Source: Dehalococcoidia bacterium (GTDB lineage Bacteria; Chloroflexota; Dehalococcoidia; Bin125). Taken from it: a stretch of 64,000 bases of DNA. Shown piece by piece: positions 47,762-56,670 of the stretch. The stretch's first letter is position 1. The number at the start of each line of letters is the position of its first letter. The notes beneath the pieces were generated by a model. The model ran no database searches. It was not told where the DNA came from and worked only from the letters and a program-made list of their open reading frames with translations. Location: assembly GCA_965243125.1 (NCBI GenBank), contig OZ251529.1, positions 1,043,729 through 1,107,728 of the forward strand, read 5' to 3'. Position numbers and translations under genes: made by a program.

Positions 47762-48430
47762 ATGCTCTCACCTGACGATGCTCGGACCAGGCTGCTCTAC
47801 ACACCGGCCGATGCGGCCCGCCTGGCCCGGACGACGCCTGCGACCGTTGCTCGTTGGTTCTGTGGGAACGACGACGCGCCGCCACTGTTCACAGATCGGC
47901 AACATCCCGCTGATGAACGCTTCCACCTCTCGTTTCTGGAGCTCGTCGAACTGATCGTCGCGCGGCGCTTTCGGCAGCACGGTGTCAGTGTCGAGCAGCT
48001 TCGCCAAAGCCGTGAATTCGCCCTTCGGCGCTGGCAAGTGGAGCACCCATTTGCAGAGCGACGCCTGAAACTGCTGGGCGGCAGAGTGTTCGACCCTGAC
48101 AGCATCGCGATCGACCTCGAGTGGCCTGCGACACAACCGGCGCTCCCGAAGTTCGCTGAGTTTGCGACGCAGGTGTTCGACTACGAGGGACTTGGCGACA
48201 ACATGGCGGCTGCCTGGGCTCAACGCTTCTTCCCAGCTGGCGACAGCGCGCCGCTGATGGTTGATCCACGCTTTGCAGGTGGATCGGTCACCTTCCTCAA
48301 CCGAGGACTCCTGCTCGACACGGTCGTCAAGCGCTGGCGCGCTGACGAGTCGATCGCCTTCATCGCCGCAGACTTCGATCTCGACGAATCCGCAGTCGAA
48401 GCAGCGCTCCGCTACGCGCTTGCAGCATGA
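47762..48430 (+). CDS. HTH plus DUF433 fusion protein, putative antitoxin (second subfamily)
   Basis: PATVARWFCGN HTH-like N-terminus. C-terminal GGSVTFLNRGLLLDTVVKRW...SIAFIAADFDLDESAVEAALRYA fits DUF433. Overlaps the downstream DUF5615 start (ATGA). Confidence 0.5.
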   Translation: MLSPDDARTRLLYTPADAARLARTTPATVARWFCGNDDAPPLFTDRQHPADERFHLSFLELVELIVARRFRQHGVSVEQLRQSREFALRRWQVEHPFAERRLKLLGGRVFDPDSIAIDLEWPATQPALPKFAEFATQVFDYEGLGDNMAAAWAQRFFPAGDSAPLMVDPRFAGGSVTFLNRGLLLDTVVKRWRADESIAFIAADFDLDESAVEAALRYALAA

Positions 48431-48660
48431 GAATCCTCTTCGACGAAAACACCGGCAGCGGGGTGCCCAAAGCGCTGCGCCTCGTTGGCTTCGACAACGT
48501 GAACTACATCACGAACATGTTCCGCGACGAATTCGACAAGGGCCAAGGCGTCGCAGACGAGCAATGGATACCGCGCGTCGGCGATCAGTGGTTGGTGATC
48601 TCGGAAGACCAGGGATTGCTCAGGAAGCCGGGGCAGCGTCGCCCAGCCGCATCCAGCACT
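48427..48660 (+). pseudogene. DUF5615 PIN-like toxin gene truncated by insertion of a palindromic MITE-like element
   Basis: MRILFDENTGSGV...LVISEDQGLLRKPGQRR; the reading frame then runs into the terminal inverted repeat at 48661. Confidence 0.5.
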
Positions 48661-48836
48661 CCGTCATACCCGCGCTTGCCGCGGGTATCTCGCCGTATCC
48701 GGCACAGACGCCTCGAACGACACACTGCATACTGACCAGCCACGATGTAGAGGCGGCTCCGAGCAACGGTTTCAGCAGGGCGCGTGAATTTGGGTGCCCA
48801 CACATCGAGATACCCGCGGCAAGCGCGGGTATGACG
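48661..48836. mobile_element. MITE-like element (176 bp) bounded by 35-bp terminal inverted repeats CCGTCATACCCGCGCTTGCCGCGGGTATCTCGCCG
   Basis: The left TIR at 48661..48695 and right TIR at 48805..48836 are reverse complements. Each TIR contains the internal palindrome ACCCGCG-CTTGC-CGCGGGT. Confidence 0.55.
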
Positions 48837-48866
48837 GAGTGAGGGGCGTGGGTATGACAGTAGGGA

Positions 48867-50057
48867 CTACAAGGAGCCAGATGGTGCTTGGGAGATACAG
48901 CGCAAGATTGCGCGATCGATCAGCGACTCAATCGTCGCGTTCGCGTTGCGGATCTCAATGCGCGTCATAAACGCGCGCGGCCCCAGCTCCGCGAACAGGC
49001 ACCCGACGGCCTCATCGGCGAAGCCGCTGGAGATGATTGGGATGTCGTCGAATTCGAGCGCGGCGCGGCCGTCCTCGCGCAGGCGCTGTTCGATCTGCTC
49101 GCGCACGCTCCGCCCCGCCGCGCGCGAGCCGACGGCCTGGAGCGGGACCATCGGCGCATCGGTTTCCGTCGGCGGGAGCGCCGCGTGGGGGCGGCTCGGG
49201 AGTGCGAGCGCGCGGGCCAGCAGCGCTGGGTCGTTGATGCCCAGCTCGCAGCGCACCGCCGCGCCGTCGTAGCGGATGCGGCGCTTGTCGGTGCGGTAGG
49301 CGTCGGGCCCGCGGCGCGACGCATGGAGCAGACCGAAGCCGGAGTTGATCTCGAACTGCCCGGCGGAGAGCTCGGCGATGCGAAACGCGCCGCGCAGCCC
49401 GCCGTCGCCGCGAACGGCGCGGGCGAGCGCCTGCTCGTGGCGGCGCACGCGGAGGCTCTGGGCGATGCCCACACCGCCGTCGGCGACGACGAGTTCGACG
49501 CGCCCGTTCTGCTCATCAAGCGCAGCCTGCACAAAGCCGCCAACCGACGACTCGGCGTGACTGAGCACATTGTCCATCAGCTCGTACAGCGTCCATTCGA
49601 GCGCCGCCGGCGCCTCGCGTGCGGCGTCGGTTTGGGAGATGACAAAGTCGACGACGCTAGCGACGATCGGCTCAATCTGATCAGCGGCGCTGAAGCGCTG
49701 CGCGGGGGTGCGCTCGGCGTCGGGCGCATCAGGCGCATTGAGCGGGTAGTGCTCGGGATCGATGAAATGCGACCAGTTGGCCTCGCTGAAGCGGCGCTTC
49801 AGGTCGTCATCGTTCGGCTCCACGAGTGAGAAGGCCGCTCCGACGGACTCGCGGTAGCCGACCACGACCGGCAACAGCGGCAACAGCGCAGCCTGCGCCG
49901 CCCCCTCGCACCCGGCGAAGTCGAGCGCGACCTCTCGCAACCCGCGCCGCTCAACGGCGTCGAACAGCGCCGCCTTGAGCACGCGCAGCTGGTCGAAGCG
50001 GCCCAGCTCGCCGCGCACAACGATGCGCTCGTCCGCCTGTTCAACCTGAAAGGGCAT
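48867..50057 (-). CDS. Fused STAS-like / GHKL (RsbW-type anti-sigma kinase-like HATPase) / DUF4325 protein
   Basis: The middle region LYELMDNVLSHAESSVGGFVQA...VELVVADGGVGI is an HATPase_c_2-like N-box/G-box. The C-terminus LEFDDIPIISSGFADEAVGCLF fits DUF4325 (STAS-like). Confidence 0.5.
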   Translation of the reverse strand: MPFQVEQADERIVVRGELGRFDQLRVLKAALFDAVERRGLREVALDFAGCEGAAQAALLPLLPVVVGYRESVGAAFSLVEPNDDDLKRRFSEANWSHFIDPEHYPLNAPDAPDAERTPAQRFSAADQIEPIVASVVDFVISQTDAAREAPAALEWTLYELMDNVLSHAESSVGGFVQAALDEQNGRVELVVADGGVGIAQSLRVRRHEQALARAVRGDGGLRGAFRIAELSAGQFEINSGFGLLHASRRGPDAYRTDKRRIRYDGAAVRCELGINDPALLARALALPSRPHAALPPTETDAPMVPLQAVGSRAAGRSVREQIEQRLREDGRAALEFDDIPIISSGFADEAVGCLFAELGPRAFMTRIEIRNANATIESLIDRAILRCISQAPSGSL

Positions 50058-50084
50058 GATCCGCTCCGCTGACGCTGTCCGCGC

Positions 50085-51341
50085 CTAAGTTGGCTCGGCC
50101 CGTGTGCGCTGGAGGATCGCGCGGTCGATCAGCCCCTCGATCGTCGGGTTCGCATTGCGAATCTGGATGCGGCTCATAAACGCGCGCGGACCCATCTGCA
50201 CGAACAGGCGCCCGAGCACCTCGTCGGCGAAGCTGCTGGAAATGACCGGGATGTCGCTGAAATCGAGCACGACTTCGTGATCCTCGCGCAGGAGATTCTC
50301 GACGATCTGCCGCGCGCGGCGCCCACCTGATCGCGAGCCGAGCTCCTGCCCCAGTTCGTCCTTCACCGAGAAGACCATCTCATCTCCCTCGCCGCCGTAG
50401 CGTCGCTCAACGTAATCATAGGGCGGTTCGTGGATTCTGCCGCCAAACACCAGCGCCCTGGCCAGCAGGTCGGGATCGTTCACGCCGACGCCGCAGCGGA
50501 CCGCGGTCCCGTCGTAGGGAATCCGTTGAAATTTCGCGGCCTGTTCAACTGCTCCGCGCTGCGAGCCGTAGAGCAGGCCGGTGCCGGAGTTGATCTCAAA
50601 TTCACCGCCCGACAGCGCAGCGATGCGGAAGCTGCCGTATAGCCCGTTGCCCATGTTGCTCGCCCTGTCTCGCGTGCCGGCCTCAGCGATCGCTTGCCGT
50701 AGAGCATCTTCGGCGTCGCGGATGCGCATACTCGCGGCGACACCGATGCCGGCGTCGGCAACGACGAATTCGACCCGCTCAGCCCGCTGGTAGGCCGTCG
50801 CCTGAACAAAGCCGCCAACCGACGACTCGGCGTGGCTCAGCACATTGTCCATGAGCTCGTTCATCGACCATTCGAGCGCTGCCAGCGTCTCGCGCTCAAT
50901 GCTCATTCGGGCGAGTAGAAGATGCATGGCCTCGGCGACAATCGGATCCATCTCGCCCTCTGCAACGAAACGCTGCGCGGGGACCTGCTCGGCGAACTGC
51001 CCGCGAAATGCGTAACGCTCGGGGTCAATGAAGTGCGCCCAGTTCGCATTGAGGAACAGCCGCCTGAGCACATCGCGTTTCGGCTCCACCAGCTCGAAGC
51101 GCACGCCGTGCGTTTCGCGGTAGTCGACCAGAACGGGCAAGAGCGGCAGCATTGCCGCCTCTGTGGCCACATCACAGCCGGCGAAGTCGAGCGTGACCTC
51201 CGCGTAGCCGCGCTGCTCAATGCGGTCGAACAGCCCCGCGCAGATTCGGCGCAGCTCGTCGAAGCGCGTGAGCCGCCCGCGCACGACGATGCGATCGGCA
51301 TCCCAACTGACTGGCATCGGCGCCGCCTTTCTTGCAGCCAA
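50085..51341 (-). CDS. Fused STAS-like / GHKL HATPase / DUF4325 protein, tandem paralog
   Basis: Same domain order as 48867..50057: MNELMDNVLSHAESSVGGFVQA, VEFVVADAGIGV, LDFSDIPVISSSFADEVLGRLF. Confidence 0.5.
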   Translation of the reverse strand: MAARKAAPMPVSWDADRIVVRGRLTRFDELRRICAGLFDRIEQRGYAEVTLDFAGCDVATEAAMLPLLPVLVDYRETHGVRFELVEPKRDVLRRLFLNANWAHFIDPERYAFRGQFAEQVPAQRFVAEGEMDPIVAEAMHLLLARMSIERETLAALEWSMNELMDNVLSHAESSVGGFVQATAYQRAERVEFVVADAGIGVAASMRIRDAEDALRQAIAEAGTRDRASNMGNGLYGSFRIAALSGGEFEINSGTGLLYGSQRGAVEQAAKFQRIPYDGTAVRCGVGVNDPDLLARALVFGGRIHEPPYDYVERRYGGEGDEMVFSVKDELGQELGSRSGGRRARQIVENLLREDHEVVLDFSDIPVISSSFADEVLGRLFVQMGPRAFMSRIQIRNANPTIEGLIDRAILQRTRAEPT

Positions 51342-51390
51342 CGATCACGATACGTCCACTCAACGCGGGAGCAGGGGTTAGCCTGCGCGG

Positions 51391-52638
51391 ATGCTGGAGC
51401 ATCTGCGGGTGGTTGATCTGTGCGACGAGCGCGGCGTGCTGGCCGGGCAGATGCTGGCTGACCTGGGCGCGGATGTGATCCAGGTGGAACCGCCGGGCGG
51501 CTCGACGGGGCGCCGCGTCGCGCCGTTTTTCGAGAGCAGCGCCGCCGAAACGGAGCGCTCGATTTTCTGGGCGGCGTACACCCGCAACAAGCGCAGCGTC
51601 ACCTGCGACCTGGTGCGCGCCGAGGGGCGGGCGCTCCTGCGCCGCCTGCTCGCGGAGGCCGACATCCTCTTCGAGTCGGGCGAGCCGGGCGCGATGGCGG
51701 CGCTGGGGCTGGGCTATGAGCAGCTGCGGGAGGAGTTTCCGCGGCTGATCTACGCATCGATCACGGCCTTTGGGCAGAGCGGACCGAAGGCGGGCTACGA
51801 AGCGACGGATCTGACGATCTGGGCGGCGGGCACGCCGCTGCTGATGACCGGCGACGACGACCGCCCGCCGGTGCGCATCTCCGTCCCGCAGGCCTGGTCG
51901 CACGCCGCCGCCGACGCGGCGGGCGGCGCGATGCTGGCGCTGCACGCGCGCCACGCGACGGGGCGCGGGCAACATGTGGATGTGTCGGCGCAGGCATCGG
52001 CGGCGCAGGCGACGCTCGGCCAGGTGTTGGCGCACTCGCTGGGCGCGGCGGAGCCGGAGCGCTACGCGGGCGGCGTGAAGATGCGCGGGGTGGGCTTTCG
52101 CGGCACGACCGAAGCGGCCGACGGCTGGATCGTCTTCGCGCTCGCGCCCGGTCCGGCGATCGGCCACTTCGTGAACCACGCGGTGCGCTGGCTGATCGAC
52201 GAGGGCGCACTGGAGCCCGAGCTGGCCGATGAAGACTTCGTGACGTTCCCCGATCGACTGCTGGCTGGCGAGGCGGATGCGGAGCTGATGCCGCGCATCC
52301 AGCAAGCGTTGCAAACGCAGGTCCGCGGCAAGACCAAACGCGAGATGCTGGACATCTCGATTGCCTACGACCTGCTGCTGGCGGCGGTGCTGGATATCGA
52401 GGACCTGGCGCAAAGCCGGCAGTTGGCGGCGCGCGATTTCTGGCGCGACTACGCGCTCGCCGACGGACACAGCCTGCGGATGCCTGCCGCGCCGCTGCAA
52501 ATCAGCATCGAGGGCGAGCGGCGGCGCTGGGACGAACGCCCGCCGCCCGCGCTCGGGCAGCACAACGACGAAGTTTGGGGATCGCTCGGCCTCAGCGCCG
52601 AAGAGCTCGCGGCGCTGCGCAGCGAGGGGGTGATCTGA
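51391..52638 (+). CDS. CoA-transferase family III (CaiB/BaiF)
   Basis: LRVVDLCDERGVLAGQMLADLGADVIQVEPPGG. Confidence 0.8.
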   Translation: MLEHLRVVDLCDERGVLAGQMLADLGADVIQVEPPGGSTGRRVAPFFESSAAETERSIFWAAYTRNKRSVTCDLVRAEGRALLRRLLAEADILFESGEPGAMAALGLGYEQLREEFPRLIYASITAFGQSGPKAGYEATDLTIWAAGTPLLMTGDDDRPPVRISVPQAWSHAAADAAGGAMLALHARHATGRGQHVDVSAQASAAQATLGQVLAHSLGAAEPERYAGGVKMRGVGFRGTTEAADGWIVFALAPGPAIGHFVNHAVRWLIDEGALEPELADEDFVTFPDRLLAGEADAELMPRIQQALQTQVRGKTKREMLDISIAYDLLLAAVLDIEDLAQSRQLAARDFWRDYALADGHSLRMPAAPLQISIEGERRRWDERPPPALGQHNDEVWGSLGLSAEELAALRSEGVI

Positions 52639-53855
52639 TGCCCGACGAACGCGGCATTCTCGACGATCTCAAAGTGGTGGACCTCTCCTGGATCGTGGCC
52701 GGGCCGACGGTGGGCCGGGCGCTGGCGGACTTCGGCGCGACGGTGATCCGCGTGGAATCGGCTGCGCGGGTCGACACGGCGCGCGTGGTGGGGCCATTTC
52801 ACGGCGACGAGCCGGGCGTGGAACATTCCGGCCTCTACGGCAACGTGAACGCCGGCAAGCTGGGCCTGGCGCTCAACCTGCGCGTGCCCGAAGCCCGCGA
52901 AGTGCTGCGCGATCTGGTGCGCTGGGCGGACATCCTCAGCGAATCGTTCACCGCCGGCGTACTGGAGAAGTGGGGGTTGCACTACGACGCGCTGCGCGAG
53001 ATCAAGCCCGATCTGATCATGCTGAGCAGCACGCTGCTGGGGCAGTACGGGCCGGAGCGTTCGGTCTCGGGTTTCGGCACGCAGGGCGCGGGCATGGCGG
53101 GCGTGCTCGATCTGACCGGCTGGCCGGATCGTCCGCCGGCCGGACCGTACGGCCCCTATACCGACTATCCGGCCCCGCGCTTTTCGCTCACCGCGCTGCT
53201 GGCGGCGCTGGAGCATCGCCGCCGCACGGGGCAGGGTGCGCACATCGATCAGGCGCAGGCCGAGGCGACGCTGCACCTGCTCGCGCCGGCGCTGATCGAC
53301 CACGTCAACGGCGGCGCGACGCTGCGGCGGCGGGGCAACGACGATCCGCAGATGTCGCCGCACGGCGTCTATCCGTCGCAACCGCCGGCGGACCGCGCTG
53401 AGGCGTGGGTCGCGATCGCGGTGCGCGACGATGACGACTGGCGGCGGTTGGCGGGCGTAATCGACGGGCTGGAAGCGACGTTCACGCTGGCGCAGCGGCG
53501 GGAGGCGGCAGAGCGGATCGACGCAGCGCTCGCGGCGTGGACGGCGGAGCGCTCGGCCGGTGAGGCCGAGCGCGCGCTGCAAGAGACGGGCGTCCCCGCG
53601 CACGCGCTCTCGGATACGGAGGACGCAGCCAACGATCCGCAGCTGGCGCACCGCGGGCACTTCCTGCGGCTGCCGCATCCGCTGCACGGCGAAACGGTGC
53701 TTGAAGCGCCGCGCTACCGGCTCTCCGAGACGCCCGGCGGGCCGACCGCGCCCGCGCCGCAGGTGGGCGAACACACGGCGCGGGTACTCAGCGAGATACT
53801 GAACTACAGCGACGCACAAATCGCCTCGCTGGCCGCCGCCGGCGCCCTGAGCTGA
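52638..53855 (+). CDS. CoA-transferase family III (CaiB/BaiF)
   Basis: LKVVDLSWIVAGPTVGRALADFGATVIRVES; start overlaps the upstream stop (TGATG). Confidence 0.8.
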   Translation: MPDERGILDDLKVVDLSWIVAGPTVGRALADFGATVIRVESAARVDTARVVGPFHGDEPGVEHSGLYGNVNAGKLGLALNLRVPEAREVLRDLVRWADILSESFTAGVLEKWGLHYDALREIKPDLIMLSSTLLGQYGPERSVSGFGTQGAGMAGVLDLTGWPDRPPAGPYGPYTDYPAPRFSLTALLAALEHRRRTGQGAHIDQAQAEATLHLLAPALIDHVNGGATLRRRGNDDPQMSPHGVYPSQPPADRAEAWVAIAVRDDDDWRRLAGVIDGLEATFTLAQRREAAERIDAALAAWTAERSAGEAERALQETGVPAHALSDTEDAANDPQLAHRGHFLRLPHPLHGETVLEAPRYRLSETPGGPTAPAPQVGEHTARVLSEILNYSDAQIASLAAAGALS

Positions 53856-53886
53856 GTACGATGATCGATAGAGGAAGAGCCGCCGC

Positions 53887-54576
53887 GTGAAGTCCGATCA
53901 CCCGTTCGAGCAGGCCGACCGCCGCTTCTGGCCCCGCTACTCGGCGAAAGAAGCCGGGCGCTTCCTCGGTATGCCGGCGGCGACGCTGCGGCGCTGGTTC
54001 TGCGAGGGCGGGGCCGGCGGGCCGGGCGAGGAATTGGCGCTGTCGTTCATGGAGCTGGTCGAAGCGCACATCGCGCGGCGCTACCGCGAGCTAGGGGTGT
54101 CGGCCGCGCGGCTGCGGGAGGTGCGCCCGTTCCTGCTGGAGCACATCGACTCCGAATATCCGCTTGCGTCGCAGAATTTTCAGTTCAACGGCGCGTACAA
54201 GCTGCACGATCTCTCACTCACACAGCCGGAGGCGTGCAACACCGACGCGATGGCCGTGTTCGAGCGGCACGAGGGCCGCAAATCAGGCTCCTGGCGGCAC
54301 TTGCCCGGGATTATCGAGGCGTTCTGCCAGATCAACTACGACCCGGTGGCGCTGCGTTCGCTAGCCTACCGGTTCTATCCCTTCGGCCGCGATGTGCCGA
54401 TCGTGATCTACCCGCCCTGCGGCAGCGGCCGCCTCACCGTCGAAGGGCACAACCTCCTCGCTGAGATCCTCGCCGGACAGCATCGCGGCGGCGATTCGAT
54501 CGCAGAACTGGCCGAGGACTTCAAGTTGTCGGAAGACACAGTGAGGCAGGTAGTGCAATCGCTGACGACGACCTGA
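53887..54576 (+). CDS. HTH plus DUF433 fusion protein, putative antitoxin (second subfamily, copy 2)
   Basis: Paralog of 47762..48430: ATLRRWFCEGG, LSFMELVEAHIARRYRELGVS; C-terminal GSGRLTVEGHNLLAEILAGQ...SIAELAEDFKLSEDTVRQVV. Confidence 0.5.
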   Translation: MKSDHPFEQADRRFWPRYSAKEAGRFLGMPAATLRRWFCEGGAGGPGEELALSFMELVEAHIARRYRELGVSAARLREVRPFLLEHIDSEYPLASQNFQFNGAYKLHDLSLTQPEACNTDAMAVFERHEGRKSGSWRHLPGIIEAFCQINYDPVALRSLAYRFYPFGRDVPIVIYPPCGSGRLTVEGHNLLAEILAGQHRGGDSIAELAEDFKLSEDTVRQVVQSLTTT

Positions 54577-54650
54577 CGCTGTTCTTCGATCAAAACATCG
54601 GTCCGAGCATTCTCACTCAAGACGAAGAATGCGCCGATCTGATCTCTCGC
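54577..54650 (+). pseudogene. Remnant of DUF5615 toxin gene (start codon lost, truncated by MITE-like element)
   Basis: The frame after the partner's stop reads LTLFFDQNIGPSIL (the DUF5615 N-terminal motif) with no ATG, then runs into the element at 54651. Confidence 0.4.
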
Positions 54651-55093
54651 CCTAGAGCGTGTTTACACTTCCGTCTCCCGCGCCGCCCCCCGCGCCCCCT
54701 CCGCCACACCCTACTCCGTCATACCCGCGCCTCTCCACTTCCGTCATACCCGCGCTTGCCGCGGGTATCTCGCCGTGGCCGGCGCGGAGCCCCGCTAACC
54801 TGCCAGGCATGCCGCTCGAACCCTGCGTCTACATCCTCGCCAGCCGACCGCACGGAGCGATCTACACCGGCGTCACCTCGGACCTTCCACACCACGTTTA
54901 ACACGCAGACGCTGGAGCAAAGCGCTTCGGCGTAGGTTGATTGATCAGTTCAATCCTGAGTGGCGGGACCTCTACGGCGAGTTGGCGTGAGGTCTGGCGC
55001 GAGTGCGGAGTTGGTGCTGCTCACGGCGAGATACCCGCGGCAAGCGCGGGTATGACGGAGTGGGTACGGGGAGACGGAAGTGTGAACACGCCC
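54651..55093. mobile_element. MITE-like element (about 440 bp) of the same palindromic family, carrying a degraded GIY-YIG nuclease gene
   Basis: The outer TIRs CTAGAGCGTGTTTACACTTCCGTCTCCC (54651..) and its reverse complement (..55093) are nearly perfect. The inner 35-bp palindromic repeats lie at 54740..54774 and 55023..55057. Confidence 0.5.
54808..54990 (+). pseudogene. GIY-YIG nuclease (YhbQ/UPF0213-like) remnant, frameshifted and internally deleted
   Basis: MPLEPCVYILASRPHGAIYTGVTSDL then a stop. The +1 frame continues ...IDQFNPEWRDLYGELA. Only about 61 codons remain against about 90 for intact family members. Confidence 0.45.
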
Positions 55094-56607
55094 TAGTACA
55101 CCGCCATCCAGTCGGCGATGCGGGCGCCGATCACCATACTGGTGAAGTTGGTGTTAGCGCGGATCAGCGTGGGCATGATCGAGGCATCGGCCACGCGCAG
55201 ACCGGTAACGCCGAACACGCGGCCCTCGGAGTCGACCACCGCGCCCTCGCCCGGATCTGTCCCCATCGCGCAGGTGCAGGTCGGGTGCGCCATGCTGGTG
55301 CAGGTGTCGTGAATCCAGGCGTCGAGCAGGTCATCGTCGTTGGCCGTCGCCTCGTCGAAATCCACCGCGCCGTCGTGATGCTGCGCCAGCTCGGGATGCT
55401 GCGACAGCCGCCAGGCGAGGCGCGCGCCCTCGCGCAGGCGACGGCGATCCTCCTCGTTATCGTCGAAGCTCACGTCGATCTGCGGGTAGTCGCGGTAGTC
55501 GGCGCTGACCAGCGTCACTTCTCCGTAGGAGTTGGGCAGCTGCACACCCGGCGCAATGCCGAACGTGCCCTCGACGTCGCGCAGCGCCGCCTGCATATGG
55601 CCGAGCAGGTAGACCTGCATATCGTTGAACTCGCCGCCTTCGGCGGTGTAGCGCAGCAGCGTTTGGGTCAGCGGTTTGTCGGGGTCGGCGACGCCGGGGC
55701 GGGCGCGGAACAGCATCGGCGTCATCGGGTGATCCATCAGCCGCTTGCCCACGCCGGGTAGATCAACGACCGACTCAATGCCCAACGCCCCCAGCTCGCC
55801 TGCGGGACCGATGCCGGAGCGCAGCAGGATCGCCGGGCTCTGGATCGCGCCGGCCGAGATCACGATCTCCTTGCCGCGCACGGTTTGCAGCTCGCCGCCG
55901 CTGTCGACGCGCAGGCCGACGGCGCGCCCGTCCTCGATCAGGATGCGGTCGACCTGGCAGCCGCTGCGCAGGGTGAGGTTGAGCCGATGCCGCGCCGCGG
56001 CCAGGTAGCCAAGATTGGCCGACCAGCGCACCATCCCCCGACGGTTCATCGCCAGCGGCGAAATCCCCGTGCTCTCCGGATCGTTCTGGTCGTTGGTCTG
56101 CTCGAAGCCGAGCGCGACGCAGGCGTCGTAGAAACCGCGCTGCACGGGTTCCATCTCGTCGCGCTTCCAGCGCAGCACCGGAATCGGCCCGCCCTGCCCG
56201 TGGAAATCGCCGCCCTCGTCCTGGTCGTCCTCCAACGCCCGGAAGTAGGGCAGGCACTCCGCCCACGACCAGCGGGTGTCGCCGGTCAGCTCCGCCCAGC
56301 GGTCGTAGTCGCCGGGCGCGCCGCGAATCGCGACGCCGGTATTGATCGCCGAGGAACCGCCGACCAGCTTGCCGCGCGGCATCGGCTGGTCGCGCCCCGG
56401 CACGTAGGTGGCGGTGAAGCCCCAGTCGTGCGCCACGACCGACGGCTCGTGGATGCTCGCCACATCCTCCGGCAGCGCATCCACATCGGCGAAGTCCGGC
56501 CCCGCCTCCAGCAGCAGCACCGAGCGCTCAGGGTCCTCGCTCAGCCGCGCGGCGAGCACCGCGCCCGCCGAGCCCGCGCCCACCACGATCACGTCGTATT
56601 CCATCAT
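55093..56607 (-). CDS. GMC family oxidoreductase (choline dehydrogenase-like)
   Basis: MMEYDVIVVGAGSAGAVLAARLSE FAD-binding N-terminus; GGGAGG immediately upstream of ATG 56607. Confidence 0.8.
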   Translation of the reverse strand: MMEYDVIVVGAGSAGAVLAARLSEDPERSVLLLEAGPDFADVDALPEDVASIHEPSVVAHDWGFTATYVPGRDQPMPRGKLVGGSSAINTGVAIRGAPGDYDRWAELTGDTRWSWAECLPYFRALEDDQDEGGDFHGQGGPIPVLRWKRDEMEPVQRGFYDACVALGFEQTNDQNDPESTGISPLAMNRRGMVRWSANLGYLAAARHRLNLTLRSGCQVDRILIEDGRAVGLRVDSGGELQTVRGKEIVISAGAIQSPAILLRSGIGPAGELGALGIESVVDLPGVGKRLMDHPMTPMLFRARPGVADPDKPLTQTLLRYTAEGGEFNDMQVYLLGHMQAALRDVEGTFGIAPGVQLPNSYGEVTLVSADYRDYPQIDVSFDDNEEDRRRLREGARLAWRLSQHPELAQHHDGAVDFDEATANDDDLLDAWIHDTCTSMAHPTCTCAMGTDPGEGAVVDSEGRVFGVTGLRVADASIMPTLIRANTNFTSMVIGARIADWMAVY

Positions 56608-56670
56608 TGCCTCCCGTCGTGCGGTTGTTCGCCGCGCGTCATACGCGGACATTATCTGTATCTGTGGACA

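Noticed and set aside
47225-48430. 401-aa ORF preceding the HTH-DUF433 gene
   Set aside because: Its N-terminal about 180 codons overlap the DinB_2-like gene in another frame and are Arg/Gly/Pro-rich. The real gene starts at ATG 47762.
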